A stretch of DNA of 63,257 nucleotides, the filler included, from Nemertoderma westbladi (Eukaryota > Animalia > Xenacoelomorpha): NCBI GenBank assembly GCA_032718475.1. It is 3 parts of 3 records of this genome, joined end to end, with 100 filler letters (N's around TTAATTAATTAA, not from the genome) between each part and the next. Parts side by side here need not be neighbours in the genome. Positions count along the whole stretch, not along the records: positions 44,455 to 63,257 come from JAUCBJ010008626.1; 2 more parts are not named here. One strand, given 5' to 3'. Every line of letters starts with the position of its first letter. Within the stretch, counting starts at the first letter, position 1. The position numbers and the translations under genes are program-made. Positions 51,880 through 63,257 of the stretch are shown here, one piece after another. The notes beneath the pieces were generated by a model. That model did no database searches. It saw only the letters and a program-made list of their open reading frames with translations, and was not told where the DNA came from.

Positions 51880-54800
51880 TAAAAACTTGGTCTATTTAAT
51901 GTCCAATCATTAAATAATAAAGCAACCTAAGTGACTACATTTCCGATATGAAATTTGATTGGGTCACAATTACCGAAACTTGGTTAACTGGTGCTATTGT
52001 AGATGTTATCCCAGAGAACATTTTATGTCTAAGATATTCAAGTTTTCACATGTTCCATTCCCCTCGTATCCCAAGCACTTCTGTGGGTGTGGTTTAGCCT
52101 GTATCTACAATAACTACCTGAAAGTTAACAATTATACAGATTCTGCTGCTAAATATACCTCATTTGAGTACTTGGAAACCACCATGTTATATTCTAGAAT
52201 ACTATTTCATATTTTCATTGTATACTGTACCTATCTATCCAGCCAAAATGGTCTCACTGAAAGAATTTTGCTTGATCAATTTGGTGATTTTCTACAATGC
52301 ATCTCCATCACTTGTGGAAAACAAATTCTATCTGGCGATTTTAACTTCCATGTTAACATAAAGGACAACAGAGATGCACTAGAGTTCCTATATCTCTAAT
52401 TGTTTTGGTTTTGAACAGTTTCTAAACAAACCTACTCACCACCTGGGCAATGGTTCTAGCCTAAACCGATGATGAACACCTAATCGATAATATATTTGTA
52501 AACAACATCAGACTTTCAGATCATTACCTAGTCTCATTCAATATTAAAGTTGGTAAATCAACTCCTGGTGTTCAAGTAAAACACACTTAGAGGATAAAGT
52601 CCATCAATACCGAACATTTCTTGAAAGATCTTACCTCTAGCAACCTGTTTTAAAACCCACCAACCAACCTTGAAGAATTAGTTGAACTGTATGACACACA
52701 CTTAGATCTCTTGTAGATATATATGCTCCCCTAGAAATTCGAAAAGTCTCAGCTCGAACCCAAAAAACCTTGGTACAACGATGCTTTTGCTTCTGCAAAA
52801 AGAAAAAGAAGCTCGCCTGAAAGGATTTATAGAAAATCAACAACAGACATAGCTAAGCAGGCCTACGACGAATGTAAAAAACTGTCTGCATTGATAGAAA
52901 CAAAGAGAGCTGATTTTTACAAACACATAGTTGAAGAGAACAAAGATTCCCAAAAGAAAATATTTGGTGTTGTAAATAAGCTAATTTCTTCTAGTAGAGT
53001 CGGTATTCTCCCCCAACTCAAGGCTACCTAAGAGTTGCAGTTATCAAACAAGTTTGGACACTTTTTCCAAAAAAAGATTGAAACATTTAGATAAGATTTG
53101 GAGGATGAGATAAATCATCTAACCGATGACAATCATGCCATAAACGAAACTTTTTCAGGAGTACCTTTAAGTAAATTCCAATCTGTATCCGAAGATGATG
53201 TAAACAAACTAATTTATGATCGTAAAGTCAAGACTAGCCCTTGTGATCCACTACCAACCCGTCTGCTAAAATACTCAATCTCTGTATTGCTTCAGGTTAT
53301 CACTTTCATTGTGAACTTATCCCTGTCCACATCAACATATCCTACTTTGTTCAAGAACGCTGTTCTCAATCCATTGATCAATAAACTTTCACTGAATCCT
53401 GAATTTCTGTACAACTTCCGACCAAGTTCATCACTTATATTCATTTCTAAACTTGTAGAAAAGGTCGTTGCTAAACAATTAATTCATCATATGAATTTGA
53501 ATTCTTTAAATGACCTATTCCAACGTGCTTTATATTCATTCATGTATATATATTTTCATTCTTTACCCACTTAAAAGGGTTTAAGATTTTGAACAATTTA
53601 ATATAATTAATGGCACGGCACAACTCAAGTTTTGAAAATAATAATAATTCATCAATTAGCACCACCAGTACATCCCAAATTAATACAACACAATATATAT
53701 AGAAAAAATTTAAACCTATCTATATGTTACAACCTACTATTATACTACCGCAATTTTAGCTATACTAATCCAATATAAACTGGAACCCTAGTAACTCCCT
53801 GTGCATTTTAAAAGCATATGAGATGAATCTTCCTAAACTAATCAACAACACCTTATCATCTGTCAAAATAAGCTCTTTAAATTGAAAGATATTTGGATTC
53901 ACACAATATTTGCTAGGTATCACCTCACATCTTAAACTCCGAATATTTCCTACATACAAGAAGAAAATGATGATATTATGTCTCAATTTGGCAGTCATGG
54001 AGAAAAGCATAGTGTTGAATCAGCACTGCTTCGGGTATATCATATTATTGATGATGGATCAGTATCCATTCAGTAGTTCTCCTTTGCATGCTAGACCTGA
54101 GCGCTGCTTTCGATATGGCGGAAGACGCTATCTTACTGCACATTCTAGAAAATGAAATTGGGGTTAAAGGAACATCACTGAACTGGTTCGAATCATACCT
54201 GTCAAACCATACATAGCAAGTTTGCATCAGTAACTCACTATCAGCCGAATACTTATTAAAATTTGGTGTTCCACAGGGTTTGGTGCTCGGACAACTTTTG
54301 TTCAGCATCTACCTACATGCACTCACTAAAGACCGTTATTTGAAAATATGGCCTCTCATACCATATGTGAATGAGGTATGTGTAATGAGTGAATGAGGAT
54401 TCATCTACTGAAAATGAACACTGACAAAACCTAAATTATACTCCTGCAATCCCGTTTTGATACACATTTGAATTTAAATCCCATACAATTTGGAAGTGAG
54501 GCAGTGCACTGTAGCAATTCCATCAGAAATATTGGAGTAATGATGGACTCAAATCTCACCCTTGAGAAACATATTTCACTTATTGTTCTCAAATCCTACT
54601 TTCATATTCGAAACTTGGCTAAAGTAAAGCGCTACTTCCCCCGTCTGAAATTGGAAACACTCATTCACATCTTCATCTCCAGTTCATTCAAACAACTCTT
54701 TATATTATGGTCTTTCACAGAAGTTAATAAAGAAACTACAATTTGTGCAGAATTATGCTGCGAGGTTGTTGTGAAACAATGAAATCCGACCGTACTCACA

Positions 54801-55130
54801 TGACCCCTGTACTAAATAAACCTGCATTGGCTGCCAATCAGGAGAAGAATAGACTATAAAATCGCTGTTTTTACTTTCAAATGCCGATATGGCCTAACGC
54901 CGGAATATCTAAGCGAACTCATTACTCAATATTCACCAACTTGTAATCTTCGATCCAGTGCCTCCCAACTTTTGAGTGTCCCTAGTTTCAACCTCGACTC
55001 ATATGGTAAACGTGAATTTCTCTGTGTACACACCTATAGTCTGGAACGGACTCCCATTGGAGCTCCGTTCACTGTTCTCACTTAGTGTCTTTAAGAAAAG
55101 GATAAAACACACTTTTTTAGTATCGACCAC
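51880..55130 (+). mobile_element. Decayed L2/CR1-group LINE (APE + RT)
   Basis: Fragments NVQSLNNK, ITETWL, GDFNFH, SDH, DPLPTRLLK, FISKLVEKVV, DLSAAFD, GVPQG, LHWLPI, PEYLSEL; many frameshifts. Confidence 0.85.
53533..53999 (-). mobile_element. 3' fragment of another LINE (RTEX-like, tentative) inserted into the L2/CR1 RT
   Basis: Splits the host FQxAY|RKKHSVESAL motif; minus-strand ORF end LRCEVIPSKYCVNPNIFQFKEL...LGRFISYAF; short (TGAA)n tail. Confidence 0.6.
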
Positions 55131-56319
55131 GATTCCCCAGTCACCATAAACAACCATAATAATTAACTCCGATTACTAGCATTCTTATTATACACTATAC
55201 AATTTTATTTATTTTATTTCATATAAAACTTTTATTGGTTATGTGTGATAACTTTTAGCTTTTCATTGGCGTGAAAGTTGACATAAAGTAGCTTCCAATT
55301 CTAGAATCCCTCTACCCCTCACAATCTGGCCTCCCTGGCTCCCGAATCTGATATCAGTAGTCATGTTTATTAAGGGTGTGGATAGAAGAATGGAGATTAA
55401 TACCTATCTATGTTCAGTTATCATCAACCAATCCGCAAAAGGAGAATTTTAGTATAAGAATGATTTCGATATGGAAATATGTCTGATTTATCTAACGGTT
55501 TCCTGAATCTTTCCAGGGCCCTTTCCTCTTTCAGATGTCATTCCCATTGTCTCCAGAACATGTTCAGAGTTCCTTCCTCCTGGGGGACAATTGTGCGTCC
55601 TGTGTGAACTAGCAGCTTCAATGAGGAGTTTCATTTTATTTTGATATGTTCATGTCCAATGTACCAATGACTATGATAGTAACAATGTGTTGGCAAGCTG
55701 TATTTTCGAGGTATTTGTTATTATACATTTATTATAGGAAGGGATCTAGGGGTCTTAACCTCGAATGAGAAGTTTATTTTACCGAAAATATATTATCTTT
55801 TATTGGCGCAATTGTAGGACTAATCCCATCACATGCGTACTTTTTAACCGGGTAGTGTACAAATTTAAGAATCGCGTAATTTTTCTTGAAATTAATATCT
55901 CATATCTCTCCAACAGCCGAGAGTTTTGCTTGACTTTACCCCCCACCCATGGCCCTTAAGTATCTGAGATGGTTCCTGCGTCCCATAAGTCGCCCCAAGT
56001 TTCGCCTGTAAATCGCCCCCTGTCTGTTGAGTGTGCCCAAATTTTGTGTTCCCGCATCCACCACTGATTGGCACATCCATAAAATATAAATCCAAAAAAT
56101 ATGTAACTCGAGTTATGATAACTTAAAATACCGCGAACATAAAGCCTCATGATAAAAGCCAATTCCATATGAAAAAATTGGCCAAATTTGTATACCCATA
56201 ACATAGTAATGGCTAGCTGTAGTGGCCATCAGCAAAACCGCATTCCTAGCCAAGATGCCTCCAGGATCCGCTGGAGGAGGAATCTGTAGGACCTGGGATC
56301 ATGGGGTCACATATATTTG

Positions 56320-56450
56320 TTATTATTATTATTAATTATAGTTAGTTATTATTATTTTTGTATTAGATTAGAATGTTTGATTATTATTATTAATTATAGT
56401 TAGTTATTATTATTTTTGTATTAGATTAGAATGTTTGATTATTATTATTT
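56320..56450. repeat. ~58-bp AT-rich tandem duplication
   Basis: TTATTATTATTAATTATAGTTAGTTATTATTATTTTTGTATTAGATTAGAATGTTTGA occurs twice. Confidence 0.85.
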
Positions 56451-57243
56451 GTTGCCAAGGAATTTCGAACATTATTAAAGAAGAAATCATCATAGGGAAT
56501 AAAGTTATAGGAGGACTGCAGGGCTTACCTTCACACTATTGTCGAAAAATATCTGAAAGAACTTCCTTAAAGAAATTCTAAGCATGAAGAACCGATATTG
56601 AATGTAAAAGAGAGAGAGAGTGAGAGAGAGGCCAAGTGCAGCCAAGTTAGGAAAAATCATCAGTGTGTATATTTTAACCTTATTTATTTTCCAAATGAAA
56701 ATAGGTTTTCATGACTTACTAATCTGTTAATCTGTGCATGCAGTCATCACTAATATAGGCCTACTATACCATACAGTAGTCGTATAACATATGTAAATAT
56801 TTGAAATGTGTTGCTATGTTTCGTTATACTATCTTGCATTATGTTATATAATTATCATCAATTAATCACACTATCATGATTTTATCATTTTATAATCAAA
56901 ATAAATCCCAGTACGCCTAGTACAAAACATGGCATTTGTGATGTTTTGAAAATTAATGAAACATTGATATATACCTCATTTTATTTTGTTCCTCGTAGTT
57001 TGGCTCCAAATTTTTAAGAATTTTTGTTGCGATTTTCCTGGATAATGTACCTCCTATATATTTATTATTATATTTGTCATCAAACATTTAACATCAAACA
57101 TTTAAAACGACTATAACATATATATTGAAACTCCCACCACCTATTTCTTGTACAGAGTTTCTTCATTATCATCATATGCCTGAAAGGTAATCAAACATAA
57201 ATTTTAGGATTTCTTTTAGATTTCAATCAAATAAATTGAGAGT

Positions 57244-59313
57244 TTATTACAAACTAAATCTAACAATAGAACATTCATTACACACTAAATCTAACAATAG
57301 AACATTCATTACAAACTAAATCTAGCAATAGAACATTCATTACAAACTAAATCTAACAATAGAACATCCATTACTAATTAAATCTAGCAATAGAACATTC
57401 ATTACAAAGTAAATCTAGCAATAGAACATTCATTACAAACTAAATCTAACAATAGAACATCCATTACTAATTAAATCTAGCAATAGAACATTCATTACAA
57501 ACTAATTCTAGCAATAGAAGATTCATTACAAACTAAATTTAGCAATAGAACATTCATTACAAACTAAATCTAGCAATAGAACATTCATTACAAACTAAAT
57601 CTAGCAATAGAACATTCATTACAAACTAAATCTAACAATAGAACATCCATTACTAATTAATAGCAATAGAACATTCATTACAAACTAATTCTAGCAATAG
57701 AACATTCATTACAAACTAAATTTAGCAATAGAACATTCATTACAAACTAAATCTAGCAATAGAACATTCATTACAAACTAAATCTAACAATAGAACATTC
57801 ATTACAAACTAAATATAGCAATAGAACATTCATTACAAACTAATTCTACCAATAGAACATAAAGAACATTCATTACAAACTAAATCTAGCAATAGAACAT
57901 TCATTACAAACTAAATCTAACAATAGAACATTCATTACAAACTAAATATAGCAATAGAACATTCATTACAAACTAATTCTACCAATAGAACATTCATTAC
58001 AAACTAAATCTAACAATAGAACATCCATTACTAATTAAATCTAGCAAAAGAACATTCATTACAAACAAAATCTAGCAATAGAACATTCATTACAAACTAA
58101 ATCTAACAATAGAACATTCATTACTAACTAAATCTAGCAAAAGAACATTCATTACAAACTAAATCTAGCAATAGAACATTAATTACAAACTAAATCTAGC
58201 AATAGAACATTCATTACAAACTAAATCTAGCAATAGAACATTCATTACAAACTAAATCTAACAATAGAACATTCATTACAAACTAAATATAGCAATAGAA
58301 CATTCATTACAAACTAATTCTACCAATAGAACATTCATTACAAACTAAATCTAACAATAGAACATCCATTACTAATTAAATCTAGCAAAAGAACATTCAT
58401 TACAAACTAAATCTAGCAATAGAACATTCATTACAAACTAAATCTAGCAATAGAACATTAATTACAAACTAAATCTAGCAATAGAACATTAATTACAAAC
58501 TAAATCTAGCAATAGAACATTCATTACAAACTAAATCTAACAATAGAACATTCATTACAAACTAAATCTAACAATAGAACATTCATTACTAACTAAATCT
58601 AACAATAGAACATTCATTACAAACTAAATCTAACAATAGAACATCCATTACTAATTAAATCTAGCAAAAGAACATTCATTACAAACTAAATCTAGCAATA
58701 GAACATTCATTACAAACTAAATCTAACAATAGAACATTAATTACAAACTAAATCTAGCAATAGAACATTCATTACAAACTAAATCTAGCAATAGAACATT
58801 CATTACAAACTAAATCTAACAATAGAACATTCATTACTAACTAAATCTAACAATAGAACATTCATTACAAACGAATTCTAGCAATAGAACATTCATTACA
58901 AACTAAATCTAACAATAGAACATTCATTACAAACTAAATCTAACAATAAAACATTCATTACTAACTAAATTTAGCAATAGAACATTCATTACTAACTAAA
59001 TCTAATGAATAGAACATTCATTACAAACTAAATCTAATGAATAGAACATTCATTACAAACTAAATCTAACAATAGAACATTCATTACAATCTAAATCTAA
59101 TGAATAGAACATTCATTACAAACTAAATCTAATGAATAGAACATTCATTACAAACTAAATCTAATGAATAGAACATTCATTACAAACTAAATCTAACAAT
59201 AGAACATTTATTAGAATCTAAATCTAATGAATAGAACATTCATTACAAACTAAATTTAGCAATAGAACATTCATTACTAACTAAATCTAGCAATAGAACA
59301 TTCATTACAAACT
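57244..59313. repeat. 31-bp AT-rich tandem satellite (about 65 units)
   Basis: Unit TTCATTACAAACTAAATCTA(G/A)CAATAGAACA; 32-bp variants (AATGAATAG) near the right end. Confidence 0.97.
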
Positions 59314-59372
59314 CACATATATAAACAAATTAGGACAATTTTATTATAATCAATAAATAATTATAATAATTA

Positions 59373-59717
59373 TACAATGCGCACATCTCCTATCAGACTC
59401 TATACAACATTGGAGGTGTTCCATTAGTCTACCCTAGCTTGACATTCGAACGGAACCGCCTCTGCTTTGCAGGACATTGCTTTCGCCGTGAGGACCAGCA
59501 GTGCATAATATTGTGCTTTGGCAGCCTCGTGGAGTGAATAAGCATGGTGGACAGCCTATGTCTTTCTTGAGATGCATCTTAAAGGAAACTGGCCTTGAAG
59601 ATGCGGATGATCTAGCAAATGTCATGGGTGATAGGGAGTTGTGGCGGTGCAATTTTGTCGACAAGACATTCTTAATATATATAATGCAGCTGCATTGTAT
59701 TATGCCGATCGTAGTAG
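59373..59717 (+). mobile_element. RTE family A 5'-truncated 3' fragment
   Basis: Similar to 48388-48740; GTAGTAG tail; 11-bp TSD TATAATAATTA at 59362-59372 and 59718-59728. Confidence 0.9.
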
Positions 59718-60034
59718 TATAATAATTAGCTGGAATCTTTCCTAGCAAATTATTATAAGGAATTCATCATGAGAGTAATAAACTCACTTTTTACTTCACT
59801 TGTGCGACAGTGAGAAAATTTCTCGAAAACTTCGGTTTAGTTTTGCTAAACTGTGGCCTCGGCCGGGGCTTTTGCCTGAATTTCATAATAACTTATTATA
59901 AAAGCCATCTGGAGCTTAGCATCTTATATCAGCAGCTAAACGCCTGCTCGACTTAAGAACTAAAGCTACCATGTGGAGTATGTAGCTTCGATTGAAAATT
60001 TCACGGCACTTTTAAGAGATTAGCATTCCAAAAG

Positions 60035-63000
60035 CTCGCTTTATCTGGTTTGTCGGGATGTCTCACATAGTGATGTGGCAAGTAGTACGTCTGGTCTGTC
60101 ACTCGCTCCGGGTTAGTCATTCGGATAGCGTATCCCTTCGTCAAATACGTCTCCATCTGAGTGTTATACTGCAGATGGGCTTTCTCGTCCTTTAATAGAC
60201 GTTGTCGGATTGAGTGTAGACGGTCTTAAAGCCAGTGGGTAGTTATTTATAAGTTTAGGACTTTGGCTACGCCATAACATCCCCACCTCGTAATGTCCGT
60301 CCTCCGTCTGTCGGATAGTATCCTCCATGATCTTTAAAGATTGTTTCTCCTGTTCCGACATACAAGGGTCGTAGCTACCAGGTTCAGCTGTATCTTGTTC
60401 TAACCACCTGATAGTCTTCTCCGTTAATTCTTTGTCCAAGGCGGCTTGTTCCAACTGATGAATTTTCAACGCGTCATCGTCGATATCGATGGGCACTGTT
60501 GAAGTTATTGGGGTAGGTAGACTCGCAAGCCTATCATCTGTCGTCGATGGAATCTCTAGCTGACTCATCTTCCCCCCAATTTCTAAACTCACCTTGTGGG
60601 TTAGCTGCTCCTTGTGACTTATCATACTAGTTACACGTCTGTGATGTTTTGTCGACTGTAGCGTAGTATGGTTCACGTCGTGTGAAAAGGAATGAATTGA
60701 GTTTGTAGTCAATAAACTACATGTACTCTGTACGTCGTCTTCCTCGTCACTTACGTCTAGTGTGCGCACAGGCGCTCGAGTATACCACCCTATCGGCGTT
60801 CTGCAGGCGTATGCGTTTCCTGCTACAACTGCCGATGGTCTGGTTTCCCACACCTGATGTAGGTTGAATTGGTCCGTCCCGATCAGCATTGCTACCGATC
60901 TATAATTGACAGGACATTCGGGTACACCAAGGTGTCTGAAATACTTACGGTCCTCCAGAGATTGTTCCGGCACTGGACCTAGTAGGTTACTAAAGTCCTT
61001 CGTGGCCGCAAAGGTTAGATCTCTAAAGGGCAACAAAGACCTCTCCCTCTCGCTGTGTTGCGATTTTGGAAGAAGAGAGTCTAAGTCCAACTTAACTCGT
61101 GTCACTGGTATTGCACGCTGGCCGTGCATACTACTTACTGTATAACTGACGTGCTTACCTTGTCTAAGATCTGTTACGACGTCAGCTATCTTTTCATCTA
61201 CGTAACTGTGAGATGAGGCTGAGTCTAGAATCGCGTAAATCCTCTTGCTCCCTTTTGTGCCAGTAACTTTAATCGGGATTACACTGAATCCCTTCAGTTG
61301 GTCAGTGGTCAGGAGCGCGATTGACGGTTGTTCGTCTCCATTTGAATATTCGTCGTCTTCTGATTCTTCGTCCGACGATCCGGATTGTTCTGAAAAGCAA
61401 TCCTCTATATGGGTCACGAAAGTCGGAGTCGTTTTCGATTCCCGTTTTCGGTAAGCCGCATCACATCTCGCTGCTGCTTCCGGGTGTTCCCTGGCGAAGC
61501 GTTTCGTCGGCGTGTGGCTGTCTGTGTGGAGCAGACCGTCGTGGTTGCGTCCACAGGATGGACAAGTGTCGGTATTTGGACAATCCTTACGGACGTGTCC
61601 GTGTCGCGTACACCGCCAACAAGAGTCCAGTGGCCGTATCTGCAGCCGTCGTTCTTCTGAGTTCAACTCGCGAAATTGTCGACAACCTCGTAACTTGTGA
61701 CCAATATACCGCTTACCTAAATGTTCGCAGTATTGGCAGCCGTTGAAGTCGGCGCTGAGTTGCTGTCTCGTCTGTTTCGTTCCAATGGGCGCAGATACTC
61801 TATTACCGTCTGAGAATTGTCGTGATTCCGTCGGTGTGGCGTAAGTGGCCGTCTTTGTGGATGTTGTCTGGGGTTTTTGTCGGTTGGAGGATGGCAGTGT
61901 GATCCCTTCTGCCACGATGTGCTGGTCGGTATAGTTAGATCGAGTCTCTACTACCGCCTCCCTGGATATTAAAAGGTACACATCTTCTAATTTTAGGAAT
62001 CCTCCTCGCTCCTCTCGCTGATATTCGACCTTCCTCCACTCCCGACGAAGTCGATGGTGGAGTCGTCCTATTATCTTTAATAGGACTGTCGGGGTATTCC
62101 CGTAATCCAGTTGTCCAATTGATCTTAAGGTAGTGATAGCGTTCTTAATCTCGTCGGCCAGTTTTAGTAAGTCGACGGGTTTAGTGATAGCCCCTCCCTT
62201 ACAGAGTTCTTCTATTACTGACCTGGCCATACTCACTGTACCTCCGTATATCGAAGTCAAACGATCGTACGCTAGTTCGAAAGCGTCTGGTACACCGACG
62301 AAAGTCTCCGCCAAACGTTTAGGTTCTCCTGACAACGTTTGGAGCAAGTAATTGAACTTCTCTCGTGATGTAAAGGCGCACACGGCGATCTGGGATTCAA
62401 TATAGTCTACGAAGGTATGCCAGTGTTTTGAGCTACCGGAGAACTTCGGTGGTTGTTGTACCGGCAATCCCTGTCTGGCTGCGAATTTTGCTATCTCCTC
62501 GGCAACGTTCAGAGTTTCGCGTCCTTGGTTGGTAACCTGGTTGATGTTCTCCCTTCTTGGCGCTTTTCCCTGATACGATGTGGGGTTTGAAGGTACCGGT
62601 CTTTGTGGTCCCTTCGGGTGTCTATTGTGTTCGAATTCGGAATTTCTCGAACTGTCGGTTTGAACTTCCTCCAGACGCTCCTCGATCTGAGCCAACTTAT
62701 TAACAACTGGTCGCAGAATGTCGGCGAACTGTTGTGTACTAATTGCGTCCGTTGGTTGTAACGCCTTCTGTGTTGGTGTATTCTGTGGAGGATTGTCTGC
62801 AAAGGAGTTGTCTGAACGCTCGCGTTTATATTCATCGGCCGCCCCTGTTCTAAATACCTCGCGTTTCGGGTAATCCGATTCGCTCGAAGTACTACTATCA
62901 TCTGGATATGGTGGTCGACGTGCTCGCGTCCGTTGCGTCGTTCGAATTCTAACGGCTCGTTTCGGAACATCGTCCACTGATCTCCGTTGTTCGGTAGGCT

Positions 63001-63257
63001 CACAAGTCTTCCTCGAAGTCGTAGATTGCGATGTAAACTGGTTGAACGGTCGCGTCTCCACTGTTCTCCGTTGTTCGGTAGGCTCACAAGTCTTCCTCGA
63101 AGTCGTAGATTGCGACGTAAACTGAACTGGTGGTCGGACGACCGCGTTTGAATCCAAAGGCCTTGTAGGCCGAAATGTCATTGGGTAATCGTAGTGCGTA
63201 ACGGGTTTAGGTGTCAAAGGTGGACTCACCTGTTTTGTCGTCAGTAGTGCAGGTCCG
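60035..63257 (-). mobile_element. BEL/Pao retrotransposon copy 3 (different family): gag, protease, start of RT; truncated
   Basis: ORF 60164-63229: PPKFSGSSKHWHTF, three Cys/His motifs (CQYC..H..C, CWRCTRHGHVRKDC, CPSCGRNHDGLLH), protease ILDSASS, HYEVGMLW; after a frameshift it continues METYLTKGYA...YYLPHHYVRHPDKPDK to ~60035. Confidence 0.92.

Noticed and set aside
55490-56315. Short minus-strand ORF (MKLLIEAASS...) and possible TIR elements
   Set aside because: No recognisable domain and TIR matches too weak to call.
57244-59313. Telomeric or coding role for the 31-bp array
   Set aside because: Interstitial, not G-rich, stop-rich; ordinary minisatellite.

Overview
Repeat-rich animal (invertebrate-like) nuclear DNA in three blocks separated by N-gaps that carry an artificial TTAATTAATTAA linker (27811-27910, 44355-44454), so adjacency across gaps is unproven. 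Block 1 has a nested BEL/Pao LTR retrotransposon and RTE-like LINE cluster with an inverted duplication (1-11.5 kb), an intronless serine palmitoyltransferase small-subunit CDS, nested MITEs, an intronless gamma/delta/zeta-type sarcoglycan CDS, and a 35-bp satellite containing a MITE. Block 2 has the terminal exon of a 4-coumarate-CoA-ligase/firefly-luciferase-like enzyme and a 15-kb 16-bp satellite with kb-scale higher-order repeats. Block 3 has a two-exon tandem-ShKT gene fragment (second exon absent from the ORF track) with a young RTE-like LINE in its intron, decayed LINEs, a 31-bp satellite and a third BEL/Pao element. The most interesting signals are (i) TA-N(3-4)-TA mini-palindromes clustered at putative gene 5' ends, two of which are demonstrable insertions at a TA and look like transposon excision footprints, (ii) satellites that appear to grow out of DNA-transposon termini, and (iii) the ShKT gene. 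All family assignments are from motif recognition by eye; no database searches were run.
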